A stretch of DNA of 64,000 bases, from NCBI GenBank assembly GCA_041671565.1, contig JBAZBH010000001.1, positions 7,552-71,551 of the forward strand, read 5' to 3'. This DNA comes from Patescibacteria group bacterium. Lineage in GTDB: Bacteria; Patescibacteriota; Patescibacteriia; JACRDY01. Shown here piece after piece: positions 1 through 9,297 of the stretch. Within the stretch, counting starts at the first letter, position 1. The number at the start of each line of letters is the position of its first letter. A model generated the notes under the pieces. It had not been told where the DNA came from. It searched no databases and worked only from the letters and a program-made list of their open reading frames with translations. The position numbers were made by a program, and so were the translations under genes.

Positions 1-18
1 TCTTTTGAGAAAACGCCA

Positions 19-1293
19 GTGGCCGAAAAGTCGGAAAATTCCGAAGAAAACGGAATGACTAGAAGAAAATTTTTAAGTTACTTGGGGGCAGGAGCTGCGG
101 GCACTGCGGCCGAATTATTTGGTTTTAAAATCTTTAAAAAAACTGGCGAAATAGACTGGGATTTTTTTTCAGAAATAAATATTAAAAAAGAAAGGGGACC
201 TAACAAACAATTAATCACTGTGGGAATAGAAATAGCTAATCGAGTCGAGCAAATCATTAAAAGAGGTAATAAGATTGAGGAAGAACTGCAGAGCGCCGAC
301 TCGGAAGAAAAAAATAAGCTCGAGCAAGAAAAAAAATCTCTCAACCGAGCCTTTGACGGCTTACCCACTCAAAGAGTAGGTGATATATCAAGGGCAAATC
401 TTCAAGAAGCCAACGAATTTGCTGAAAAAATTATCGCTGACGAAAAGGTCTTGGACAACTTTAGTTTTTTCAAGCTTTTCATTAAAGATTATCTGGGTGA
501 CGGTGTATGCAATTTGGTTTATGAACATAATAATGCCGCCGCTTATCTGGAAATCGGCAAGATGGACCGGGAAGAATTAAAAACTAGATTAACGCGATTA
601 AAAGAGTTTCTCGACTCCCAAAAAACAAAATATATCCTCCAAGAGGATATTCTCTATTGCCTATTAGATCCAAACTTTAACCCCGAGCTAGATCACAAAA
701 GGGTAGCCAAGCTTTTGGATAGCAAATCGCCTGAATGGAAAGAATACCCCGCCAATCTTTTACTTAACAAAAATGGGGTGAATGACGAAGAGTATTATTT
801 TACTCGCTATAAAACAAATAATCATCTTGAGGCTTTTGATATAATTGAACTAAATAAAATTGCCGGCCTCTTGCTTAAAATAAAAAATCCCAGTTTTATT
901 AAAAGTGTTTTTGCTAATCGAGACAAAGACTACGAGGCTTATGGCGAATTTGGCGGGGCAATTGCTATTCCTAAAAAGATTACTGAGTTGATTGACATCC
1001 CGGCCGAAGAGACCGTTTCAGACTCCAGCTATGTTGTTCCGGCTAAAAGAACCGCAATTGAGCCGGCTAGTCTAGCCGTTTATCACTTTCATGCTCAAAA
1101 AATAAAGGATAACACTTTAGGTCCAAGTGTCGGCGATAGCGGTTCGCCAATACCCCAGCTAGTCTTTAGCTCGTTCGATAAAGACAAAATTGCGGTTCAC
1201 TTTTATGTTTCCCGGCGAAATAGTAAATTTACCTTGAGTGGCCCCAAATTTCAGGAAATGTCGGTTATTTGCTTGGGAGTATTGGAAAGATAA
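19..1293 (+). CDS. Hypothetical protein with Tat-like N-terminal signal and C-terminal JAB/MPN-like metal motif
   Basis: MTRRKFLSYLGAGAAG twin-arginine-like stretch; C-terminal EFGG...YHFH...GPSVGD. Confidence 0.6.
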   Translation: MAEKSENSEENGMTRRKFLSYLGAGAAGTAAELFGFKIFKKTGEIDWDFFSEINIKKERGPNKQLITVGIEIANRVEQIIKRGNKIEEELQSADSEEKNKLEQEKKSLNRAFDGLPTQRVGDISRANLQEANEFAEKIIADEKVLDNFSFFKLFIKDYLGDGVCNLVYEHNNAAAYLEIGKMDREELKTRLTRLKEFLDSQKTKYILQEDILYCLLDPNFNPELDHKRVAKLLDSKSPEWKEYPANLLLNKNGVNDEEYYFTRYKTNNHLEAFDIIELNKIAGLLLKIKNPSFIKSVFANRDKDYEAYGEFGGAIAIPKKITELIDIPAEETVSDSSYVVPAKRTAIEPASLAVYHFHAQKIKDNTLGPSVGDSGSPIPQLVFSSFDKDKIAVHFYVSRRNSKFTLSGPKFQEMSVICLGVLER

Positions 1294-1307
1294 AAAAATA
1301 TAAAATT

Positions 1308-1340
1308 AAAAACCGCCTCGTACTAGCGAGATGGTTTTTT
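1308..1340. terminator. Probable bidirectional intrinsic terminator
   Basis: AAAAACCGCCTCG-TACTAG-CGAGATGGTTTTTT between convergent genes. Confidence 0.7.
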
Positions 1341-1354
1341 AAAATCATCAAAAT

Positions 1355-2239
1355 TTAATTCTCAATCGGCAAAGGTTCGTTGCCGTTAAGGTAATCGGAG
1401 TAGCGCATCGGTTCTTTGCCCTCGGGCTGGACCCAGTCAATGATCAGATTGGCGGTTTCGATATGGGCGCGGAGAACTTTGACCCGCTTGCCGGTGGCGT
1501 CGGTCCAGGCGCCGGGCCAAGGGTAACAGGCGCGAATTTGCGAGTAGATTTCAATTGGGGTTTTCTTCCAGTCGATTTCGCCGTCCGCCTTGGTAAACAT
1601 TTTAGTATAAGTTGCCAGTGTATCGTCTTGCGCTTGCGGCGCGATCCGGCCAGCTAAGTAATCAGGCAAAATCTGCGAGAAGAGCGCGGCGCCTTCACAA
1701 GCAAGATTATTGCCTAGGCTTTGGCTGTCGTCGTCATCGAGAATTTCAAACGATTTTTGCGCCACAATCGGGCCGTGGTCTACTTCCGCGTCAAGTTTGA
1801 TAATGCTCACGCCGGTTTTCGCCTCGCCGTTCAGGAGGGCGGTTTGAACTGGCGCCGGGCCGCGGTATGCCGGCAGGAGCGAAGGGTGGAGGTTCAAGCA
1901 GCCAAAACGGGAGAGATTTAAAAATTCTTCCGGCAAAATTTTCCCGTAAGCGACCAGCACCATCAAATCCGGGGCCAGTTTTTTTATCTCGGCGATTGCT
2001 TCGGCGTTAATTTTAGCAAATTGAAAAATCGGCAGTTTTTTCTCCAAAGCCGCAACTTTAACCGGCGAGGGAATGAGTTTATTACCCCGGCCGGAAGCTT
2101 TGTCAACTTGGGTCACTACGCCAACCACCTGGTAGCCGTCGGCCACTAAGCGGAGCAGTGTCGGCAGGGCAAACTCCGGCGTGCCTAGAAACAAAATTTT
2201 AATTTCTGAGTTTTCCATACTGATTACATTGTTATTCAC
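1355..2239 (-). CDS. fmt: Methionyl-tRNA formyltransferase
   Basis: FLGTPEFA, NLHPSLLPAYRGPAP, PWPGAW motifs; real start may be MENSE (2218). Confidence 0.97.
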   Translation of the reverse strand: MNNNVISMENSEIKILFLGTPEFALPTLLRLVADGYQVVGVVTQVDKASGRGNKLIPSPVKVAALEKKLPIFQFAKINAEAIAEIKKLAPDLMVLVAYGKILPEEFLNLSRFGCLNLHPSLLPAYRGPAPVQTALLNGEAKTGVSIIKLDAEVDHGPIVAQKSFEILDDDDSQSLGNNLACEGAALFSQILPDYLAGRIAPQAQDDTLATYTKMFTKADGEIDWKKTPIEIYSQIRACYPWPGAWTDATGKRVKVLRAHIETANLIIDWVQPEGKEPMRYSDYLNGNEPLPIEN

Positions 2240-2276
2240 TAATAATTCATTGTGAGTTTATACCAGCCAGCTGGAG

Positions 2277-2366
2277 GCGATGCGAATCTGCGAATTACAT
2301 GCGAATCTACGAATGGAATTAGCACAATTCGTAGCATTCGTATGTAATTCGTAGCATTCGCATCGC
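2277..2366. repeat. Fold-back element, family A (CGAAT-unit arms)
   Basis: GCGATGCGAATCTGCGAATTACATGCGAATCTACGAAT ... ATTCGTAGCATTCGTATGTAATTCGTAGCATTCGCATCGC between def and fmt. Confidence 0.9.
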
Positions 2367-2368
2367 GT

Positions 2369-2812
2369 TTATTTTATCATCCGATCAATAAAAAGTATGC
2401 CGTTGAGATGGTCAATTTCGTGCTGTAGTACCCGCGCCAGCAAGCCTTTAGCGCGCAGGTTTTTTCGTTTGCCGCTCGGCTCTTGGTAGGTTAACAAAAG
2501 CTGGCGCGCCCGTTTAACCAGGCCATAAACTCCCGGCACCGAAAGGCAACCTTCTTCGCCAACTTCCTGCCGGATTGATTTCCAAAGAATCTGCGGATTA
2601 ACAAATGGCATCGGGCCGCCATCCACTTCCACAATCATCAGCCGCACGCTTTCGGCCACTTGCGGCGCGGCGATGCCGATACCTTGGTCGGTTTTCATGA
2701 TTTTAGCTAAATCCAAAATAAACCGCTGAAATTTCGGTTCAGCCAGTTTAGTTAAACTGATTTTTTTTGCCCGCAGGCGAAGCCGTGGGTCGGGTAAGGT
2801 GATAACTTTCAT
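2369..2812 (-). CDS. def: Peptide deformylase
   Basis: GIGIAAPQV, EGCLS, QHEIDHLNG motifs. Confidence 0.98.
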   Translation of the reverse strand: MKVITLPDPRLRLRAKKISLTKLAEPKFQRFILDLAKIMKTDQGIGIAAPQVAESVRLMIVEVDGGPMPFVNPQILWKSIRQEVGEEGCLSVPGVYGLVKRARQLLLTYQEPSGKRKNLRAKGLLARVLQHEIDHLNGILFIDRMIK

Positions 2813-2817
2813 AGATT

Positions 2818-2893
2818 AAGTCCAAAGTCCACAGTCCGGAGAAGCTCTGATCTGATTAGTTAAAAACTCACTCTGGACTTCGGACTCATGACT
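2818..2893. repeat. Fold-back element with AGTCCnn 7-mer arms
   Basis: AAGTCCAAAGTCCACAGTCCGGA ... TCTGGACTTCGGACTCATGACT filling the priA-def junction. Confidence 0.75.
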
Positions 2894-2895
2894 AT

Positions 2896-4776
2896 TTAAA
2901 TCAAATCTTCAGGGTCAATATCGATCAGCCAATCTTCGGGCACGATTTCCAGGAGACGGCCAATCGGCCCCGTGGCTTTAATAATTATAACAAAGCGAAA
3001 TTGGCTCCTGACCCGGCTAACAAAAGCCGGTTGGGGCTCGTTGATTTGAGCTGGTATTTTAGCCTCTCTTTGTAGATTTGTCAATAGCCGATACAACTCC
3101 AGGGCTGATTTTTCCGCTAATTTTTGGCTCGGCGACTGAAAAATCAAGCGGGCGAGCCGGCCATAGGGCGGATAATTTAATTCGCGGCGAGTTTCCAGTT
3201 CATCGCGATAAAACTCCTCGTCTTTTTTGGCAATAAATTTTTGGATCACCGCTTGGTCGGGATTGTAGGTTTGGAGGTAAAATTCGCCTAGTCCGCTCCG
3301 GTCCGCCGCCAGCTCAAACTTTTTTAATAATTGCCAGAGCCGCTCGCCGGACCGAAAGCCCGGCAGATAGAATAGATTGTCAACAAAAAGCAGGCCGATC
3401 GCGCCGACTGCCGGCCAATCAACCAGATTCAAAAGGCGATCAGTACCAAAGTAAATATCAGCGCCGGCCAGCTGCTTGCCAGTAATTTTTTTGAAATCAA
3501 CATCTGAGTCCAGCCGTAAAATTTTAGCGCCGGGCCAAATCGCCGGTAATTCTTTTTCCAGTTTTTCGGTGCCGGAGCCGGAAAATTTAAAACTAGTGCC
3601 GCGGCAATTGGGGCAGGCGGCCGGCAAGGGCGACTGTAAATTGCAATGATGACATTTTAAGAAACCGCCTTGATGCAAGGGCAGCGGCAAGAGGCAATGC
3701 GGGCAATTAAACACAAAACCGCATTCGCCGCAAACTACCGCTCGGGCCAGCCCGCGCTGATTAAGATACAACACCGCTTTTTGTTTTTTTTGTTTGGCGC
3801 TAAGAAGCGCGGCGTTTAACCTCCCTGAAAGCGGAGAATAATTGCCGCCTTGCCGTTCGGTTTTTAGATCAACCGTCACGGTTTTGACTTGGTTTTTTGG
3901 TTCTTTAATCAACTGGCCAGCGCCAACCGTAGTTTGATAGTAGGTTTCCACGCGCGGCGAGGGCGAAGCGAAAATTATCTTGGCGCCAAAAATCTCGGCA
4001 AGCTTTTCGGCGGCGGCGCGGGCGTCATAGCGGGGATTCTGGTCCCATTGTTTATAACTGGACTCATGCTCGGCGGTGACAATAATTAATTTTAACTGCT
4101 TGAATGGCAAGCCGATCGCCGAACGGGTGCCAACTACTACCCTCGCTTCACCCAATAAAATCCGGCGCCAGGCGGCCGCGTACTGATTTTTATTCAACTC
4201 GCTGTGAACCACGGCTGTTTGCTCGCGCCTGGCCGGCGAGAGCAGCCGACCGAGAGCCGGCAGGTCGGCGATTTCCGGCGCCAAGATTAATATCTGCCCG
4301 GCCGTTGCCTTTATCGCCGAGAATAAAAAATTATTTAAATAATTATTGGTGGTAAAAAGTAGCAGATTCCGCGCCGCCAATTTTGGCGTTAAAATTTTGG
4401 CGGCGGTAAATTTGTCCCAATTAACTTTAAAATCTTTAACCGCCACTTGTCGCTTGGGCATTTTTGGCATCATGGACTTGATCACCAGCGGCAGGGCAGT
4501 GGCGTAATAATCCGTCAACCAGTCGGCAAGACTAAATTGTTCCGGCGTAAACAGCGCTTCCGGATCGGCGATTTTCTGGAGCGGCTTGATATATTTGGGA
4601 TTAAAATCAGACTTCTCCTTAACTTCTTTAATCACGGCTTGAATTTTCTTGCCGCGAAAGGGCGCCTCCACCACCTGCCCAACTCTAACAAAACCCTCTA
4701 AGGCAGAGGGTACGGAGTAGGTAAAAAGGCTTAATTTTTTGGGCAACCGCAGGAGGGGAATAAGATCAACAAACAT
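2896..4776 (-). CDS. priA: Primosomal protein N' (degenerate helicase motifs)
   Basis: N-terminal FTYSVP...VEAPF, VVVGTRSA, EHESSYKQ, four CxxC pairs, RRELNYPPY; Walker A not evident. Confidence 0.92.
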   Translation of the reverse strand: MFVDLIPLLRLPKKLSLFTYSVPSALEGFVRVGQVVEAPFRGKKIQAVIKEVKEKSDFNPKYIKPLQKIADPEALFTPEQFSLADWLTDYYATALPLVIKSMMPKMPKRQVAVKDFKVNWDKFTAAKILTPKLAARNLLLFTTNNYLNNFLFSAIKATAGQILILAPEIADLPALGRLLSPARREQTAVVHSELNKNQYAAAWRRILLGEARVVVGTRSAIGLPFKQLKLIIVTAEHESSYKQWDQNPRYDARAAAEKLAEIFGAKIIFASPSPRVETYYQTTVGAGQLIKEPKNQVKTVTVDLKTERQGGNYSPLSGRLNAALLSAKQKKQKAVLYLNQRGLARAVVCGECGFVFNCPHCLLPLPLHQGGFLKCHHCNLQSPLPAACPNCRGTSFKFSGSGTEKLEKELPAIWPGAKILRLDSDVDFKKITGKQLAGADIYFGTDRLLNLVDWPAVGAIGLLFVDNLFYLPGFRSGERLWQLLKKFELAADRSGLGEFYLQTYNPDQAVIQKFIAKKDEEFYRDELETRRELNYPPYGRLARLIFQSPSQKLAEKSALELYRLLTNLQREAKIPAQINEPQPAFVSRVRSQFRFVIIIKATGPIGRLLEIVPEDWLIDIDPEDLI

Positions 4777-4785
4777 AACGACAGT

Positions 4786-5577
4786 TTATTTTAACTTGAA
4801 GTTGGCGACCAGATAGCCGACGCCAAACGGCCCTTCGTAGCTCAAAATCTCGGTTTGGTAATTTACCTTCCGGATCACGCCGAGGAGAATCAAGAGCGAC
4901 CGCAAACCGCATTCACCGGCTTCTTCAATCAGCTTCGGGTCGAGCGCCATAATCCCGTCAACATCTTTATTCCTGAGTAATTCAATCAGTTTGGTGTCAA
5001 ACTCTTTACCCCGCGCCGAGTAGCCGGCCGGTGCCTCTTTGGTCAGGCGGTGTGACAGGTCGCCGGAAGCGATAATGCCGATCCGCTCGTTGGTTTCAAA
5101 AATCTGATTTTTCAGAATCTCGCCAAATTTCAGGTGACTCGGATAATCAAGCAGGGAATAACTAAGTGGCACAATTTTTATCTGCGGCAAATGCTGGCAG
5201 AGATAATACAGCGGCACCGTCACGCCGTGGTCCAGATTGGGCTCGGAAGTAATGGTCAGCGGCATCTCCGCGCCGACGCTCATTTTCAGTTCTTCGGCAA
5301 AACGCAAATTGGGCCGGAACTCCAAGCTCGTGCCAAAATCGCCGAACTGACCGAAGTCGCTCTGGTATTTGTCGGACAAGTTAATCAAAAAAGAATCGAG
5401 TAGCACCACGCCGTGCGGGGAGATAACTATAATGGTATCCGGCTTGGCGGCGTAAAGCTCTTGCTCCAGCTGGCCGAGCGCTTTCGCAGTCGCGTCAATT
5501 TTTTTTAAGCTCGCTTGGCCGATATTCGGAATCAAAATCGGCGCGTGCGGCGTCATGGCGGCAAAGACTAGAGACAT
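4786..5577 (-). CDS. MEMO1/AmmeMemoRadiSam protein B-like (LigB-type dioxygenase fold)
   Basis: PHAP, ISPH, DHGVTVPL, ASGDLSH, ECG, YEGPFGVGY. Confidence 0.85.
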   Translation of the reverse strand: MSLVFAAMTPHAPILIPNIGQASLKKIDATAKALGQLEQELYAAKPDTIIVISPHGVVLLDSFLINLSDKYQSDFGQFGDFGTSLEFRPNLRFAEELKMSVGAEMPLTITSEPNLDHGVTVPLYYLCQHLPQIKIVPLSYSLLDYPSHLKFGEILKNQIFETNERIGIIASGDLSHRLTKEAPAGYSARGKEFDTKLIELLRNKDVDGIMALDPKLIEEAGECGLRSLLILLGVIRKVNYQTEILSYEGPFGVGYLVANFKLK

Positions 5578-5655
5578 ATGGTTTATGGCTAATTAGGCTG
5601 ATTAAAATAATTCTTTTAATAATCCACCTTGGTCAAGTTAACCACCTGGCTGGAA

Positions 5656-5753
5656 GCGATGCGAATACTACGAATTACATGCGAATCTACGAATGCGTTA
5701 ACTTTATTCGTAGCATTTGTAGCATTCGCATGTCATTCGTAGATTAGCATCGC
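5656..5753. repeat. Fold-back element, family A
   Basis: GCGATGCGAATACTACGAATTACATGCGAATCTACGAAT ... ATTCGTAGATTAGCATCGC. Confidence 0.9.
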
Positions 5754-5824
5754 GTTTAAGCCAGACGGCCAAAAGAAATCTCGTGAATATTAGTAAAAAA
5801 TGATTGGCAGGACCAAAAATGAGC

Positions 5825-7285
5825 CTAAAGCGCGGTTAGAGTTTCACCGAGTGGGTGCAAAACCACCACTTTATACGCCGTAGAAACGATATTGGCCCAT
5901 TTATACCCGAGGCCGATAAAAGTCGCTTCATCCGGTATCCAGCGAAGTTTGCCGTTGGAAACAGCGTAGACTTCCGGCCATTCATTGGATTTGATCAGCG
6001 TGCCGTCTTTGAAAGTCACCGGCGCGACAGTCTCGTAGCCCTCTAATTCTTTGGGGGTTAATTTAATCAGTTTGCGGCCGGGATAATTGACCTGCATCAA
6101 TTCTTTGGACCAAATCGGCGCCTTCTTGCCGTCTTTGACAAAGAAAATGCCGCCGCTGGTGGTGTCTTGAGCCAAAATGCCTTGCGGATAGATACTGTTC
6201 TCAGTAATCGGATCACCTTCGAGAAAGTTATCGAGATCAGCCTCACCCACATCCTCCACTTCCTCCGGGTTCCAGCCGATTTTTTTGAAAACCGCCTGCG
6301 ACATGATCGGCCGCTTCTCGTCATCCACAATTAAATAAATTTGCCCACGCGGCGACCGCACCAGAGAATAATTGGCTAAGGAAATCGGCCAGCCCAAAGG
6401 ATAGAGGTCGAGATCAGACTGGCTGATTGGAATAATTTTCTTCTCGTCAAAGCGAGTGGCGAGCGCGCTTTTGGATTTAATCGGCCGGCGCGTGCCGTAT
6501 TGGATATACCAAACATCGGTTTGGCCTTTAACCTGGACTAGCGAACCGTCGGGATAGGGGAGAATCGGGATATACTGCCCGTCGCCGAACCAACTAGACC
6601 AAATGCTGACAAAATTGCGGTTGCCGTTGAGGTGCGGGGTGTAAACATACATCGCCGCCGTGGCCGTGTTTTCCGGCGTCACGGTGGTGTCGTCAATGTT
6701 GTAAGTCTTGCCAGGCTGAATATTAAAGTCGGCGATATTTGCTTTGCCACTCACCGGATCTTTGCCGAGATAATATTGGAATTGCGCCGCGGCGCTGTTA
6801 ATTTGTTTGTAAAAGCCTTTCCAAGGCTGAATCTTCGGGTCGCTGAGCGTACTGCCGTCGCGCACCATGTAGCCGGTCGCCCAGTCAAACCTTTTTGGCT
6901 CCGGCGCCGGATGGGTGACCAGGCTTTGTTCTTTTTGGACTAAGGCGAGAAGAAACGCCGGCGAAATACCCCAGCGAACAGCCACCTCATAAAACGCTTG
7001 CGCGGCAGTCACCGTCACCTCCGGTATTTGATTGCCATTCGGGTCTTTGCCGCTAGACAAACAAGTGTAAGTGGCAAGGGTGCTCTTTTGCCTTTCCAGA
7101 AATTGTTGAATCTCGCTTTGATTCATTGCCCGATAATTCAAAATATCCTGCTCGCTGATGAGATTATTGGGGTTAAAATCAGCGGCGCTGGCAAAATAAG
7201 CGGGGATTAATCCGCAAATTAAGCCTAAAATAACCAACAAAAATAGCCAATTGTTTTGGGCTTTATATTTTTTTATTTTTATCAT
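5825..7285 (-). CDS. Exported protein with possible lysozyme-like N-domain and CPR-type DG(S/T)L..VY repeats
   Basis: N-terminal hydrophobic signal; ISPAFLLALVQKEQSL and MYVYTPH; four repeats like DGSLVQ..VWYIQYGTRRPI. Confidence 0.7.
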   Translation of the reverse strand: MIKIKKYKAQNNWLFLLVILGLICGLIPAYFASAADFNPNNLISEQDILNYRAMNQSEIQQFLERQKSTLATYTCLSSGKDPNGNQIPEVTVTAAQAFYEVAVRWGISPAFLLALVQKEQSLVTHPAPEPKRFDWATGYMVRDGSTLSDPKIQPWKGFYKQINSAAAQFQYYLGKDPVSGKANIADFNIQPGKTYNIDDTTVTPENTATAAMYVYTPHLNGNRNFVSIWSSWFGDGQYIPILPYPDGSLVQVKGQTDVWYIQYGTRRPIKSKSALATRFDEKKIIPISQSDLDLYPLGWPISLANYSLVRSPRGQIYLIVDDEKRPIMSQAVFKKIGWNPEEVEDVGEADLDNFLEGDPITENSIYPQGILAQDTTSGGIFFVKDGKKAPIWSKELMQVNYPGRKLIKLTPKELEGYETVAPVTFKDGTLIKSNEWPEVYAVSNGKLRWIPDEATFIGLGYKWANIVSTAYKVVVLHPLGETLTAL

Positions 7286-7344
7286 AGATTAATTTCATTT
7301 TAGCAAATTTAGGAACCTTTGACAAACTTAAATAGCATTACCGT

Positions 7345-7489
7345 GTTGTAGGGGCGGACCCGCGTGTCCGCCCTAAACGGATATACTTCCGACCATAACA
7401 AATTTATTACCGTTCATGGATTTATGTTCTGAATAAACAGACGGGTTTGAACAAACCCCAGGGCGGACACGCGGGTCCGCCCCTACAAC
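7345..7489. repeat. REPIN-like doublet of GTAG-led REP palindromes
   Basis: Perfect 30 bp inverted arms GTTGTAGGGGCGGACCCGCGTGTCCGCCCT (7345-7374 and 7460-7489), each itself palindromic. Confidence 0.9.
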
Positions 7490-7565
7490 CCGTTCATGTA
7501 TTAACCCCCTTGACATTTACCTTATTTTGGACAATTATATAGTTAACCAACCCAAGGAGGCTTTC

Positions 7566-7841
7566 ATGAAAACCCAAAAACCGCCCCGCAAGGTTCACGG
7601 CCGCAAGACCCGTCTGGGCAAGTCATTTGCCTATTTGATGTCCATTTTGATCTTCATTTTGGCCGCGGCTTTTACCTGGCAGATCGGCCAAAGCCGCGAA
7701 AAACCGCTGATTTTCGCCCTTTATACGCTTTTGGCGGTCGCGGGAATGATCGGCATGGTCTGGCTGATTCGCCACATTGTCGACCACATGGACCGTTTTA
7801 TTGCCACGCCGACCATCGAGAAGGTTGAATCACCAAATTAA
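7566..7841 (+). CDS. Small two-TM membrane protein (orphan)
   Basis: AAGGAGG upstream of ATG 7566; two hydrophobic segments; hairpin terminator at 7869-7899. Confidence 0.7.
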   Translation: MKTQKPPRKVHGRKTRLGKSFAYLMSILIFILAAAFTWQIGQSREKPLIFALYTLLAVAGMIGMVWLIRHIVDHMDRFIATPTIEKVESPN

Positions 7842-7937
7842 TTCAACCCCATCCACCAATCACACTCGTCCGCCAAGCCTTCTTGGCGGATTGTTTTTTA
7901 CCCCAAATTAGAGTAAAATTTAGATATTATTAACCTT

Positions 7938-7982
7938 ATTCGTAATTCGTAGTATTCGCATGAATTCGTAGATTAGCATCGC
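7938..7982. repeat. Solitary right arm of family A
   Basis: ATTCGTAATTCGTAGTATTCGCATGAATTCGTAGATTAGCATCGC ending 4 nt before the wecG-like ATG. Confidence 0.85.
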
Positions 7983-7986
7983 TTTT

Positions 7987-8709
7987 ATGAAAATTCTTGG
8001 CGTCCGCGTGGACAACTATAATCTAGACGAAACGCTCAATCTGGTTAAAGGTTATCTAACTGACAACCGCCAACACCTGATCGCCACGGTTAATCCAGAG
8101 ATGGTGGTGCTCGCGCAAAAAGACTTAACTTTCCGGGAAGTGCTCAATGCCACTGACCTGAATCTACCTGACGGTTTTGGCGTGATTTTAGCCTCTTGGT
8201 TTCTCGGCGATAAGCTAAAAGAGCGCATCACCGGCGTGGATTTTGTCTGGCAAATTTGCGCCCTGGCGGAAAAACTGGATAAATCCGTTTATCTTCTGGG
8301 TGGGCAAGTCAAAGTCGGGGAGGCGGCCGCCGCCAAAATCAGCAAAAACTTTCCCCGGTTGAAAATCTTTTCCGGCGGCAATGACTGCCAGCCGACTGAT
8401 CCGGCAATTATCCAAGATCTGTCAGCCAAAAAACCGCACATCATCTTGGCGGCGTTTGGCCACGGCCGACAAGAAAAGTGGCTGGCCGAGAATCTACCGC
8501 GCTTGCCATTCGTGGATATCGGCCTCGGCGTCGGCGGCGCCTTTGACTTCATTGCCGGCAAAATCAAGCGCGCGCCAAAGTTCCTGCGGCAACTGGGCCT
8601 GGAATGGCTCTGGCGGCTAATCTTACAGCCTTGGCGCTGGCAGAGAATCCTGACCGCGACGGGGAGATTTAGTTGGTTGGTGGTAAAGGCGAGGTTTTTG
8701 AACAATTAA
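7987..8709 (+). CDS. WecB/TagA/CpsF family glycosyltransferase
   Basis: TVNPE, PDGFG, RITGVD, GVGGAFDF, LGLEWLWRL. Confidence 0.95.
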   Translation: MKILGVRVDNYNLDETLNLVKGYLTDNRQHLIATVNPEMVVLAQKDLTFREVLNATDLNLPDGFGVILASWFLGDKLKERITGVDFVWQICALAEKLDKSVYLLGGQVKVGEAAAAKISKNFPRLKIFSGGNDCQPTDPAIIQDLSAKKPHIILAAFGHGRQEKWLAENLPRLPFVDIGLGVGGAFDFIAGKIKRAPKFLRQLGLEWLWRLILQPWRWQRILTATGRFSWLVVKARFLNN

Positions 8710-8903
8710 AGGCTTTATGAAAAAAATAAATACACCGAAAAAGTACTTTCACTCGTCATTGGAGCAATAATATCAGTAGGTGTATTACTCTTATTAAATA
8801 ACATAATTCCTCAAATCAGCGGCAGGGTATAGTAAAATATCATTTAACGCGAGGTAGTTGATTTAAGAACCACCGTTTGACCAAAGCAGTTGTTTAATTT
8901 AAG

Positions 8904-9296
8904 GTGAATATTTATATGGAAACATCCGCAGAATTTATTCGACGAAAAAAAAGTGCTTTTTCTAAAGGAGAGGATAAATTCGTTAATGTAAAAGACATAG
9001 GAAGAAAAGGTAAGCATTATTTCGAAAAAGAAGCTATTACATTAATGCCTCAATATAATTTAAATAATAAAGTATTTATTATAGAAAGGCTTAAAAGAAT
9101 TAAAATAGAAGGCGATAGTGAGCATAAATTACTAAAAAATGGGGACATAGAATATAGAATTTGTTACTTTATAGTTGGAAAAATTGGCAAAGCCAAAAAT
9201 AAATGGTGGTGGGGGCAGTCCTGTCCGTTAATACCTGCTAAAGATTTAAAAAAATTAATCCAAAAAGCAGAAAACGAGGGCACTATTTTAGTTTAA
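8904..9296 (+). CDS. Hypothetical protein (AT-rich insert)
   Basis: 130 aa ORF, basic, low GC; start may be ATG at 8916. Confidence 0.65.
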   Translation: MNIYMETSAEFIRRKKSAFSKGEDKFVNVKDIGRKGKHYFEKEAITLMPQYNLNNKVFIIERLKRIKIEGDSEHKLLKNGDIEYRICYFIVGKIGKAKNKWWWGQSCPLIPAKDLKKLIQKAENEGTILV

Positions 9297-9297
9297 A

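Noticed and set aside
2277-2366. Repeat arrays as CRISPR
   Set aside because: Units are 7-10 nt tandem repeats in inverted arms with no unique spacers, and no cas genes are in the window.
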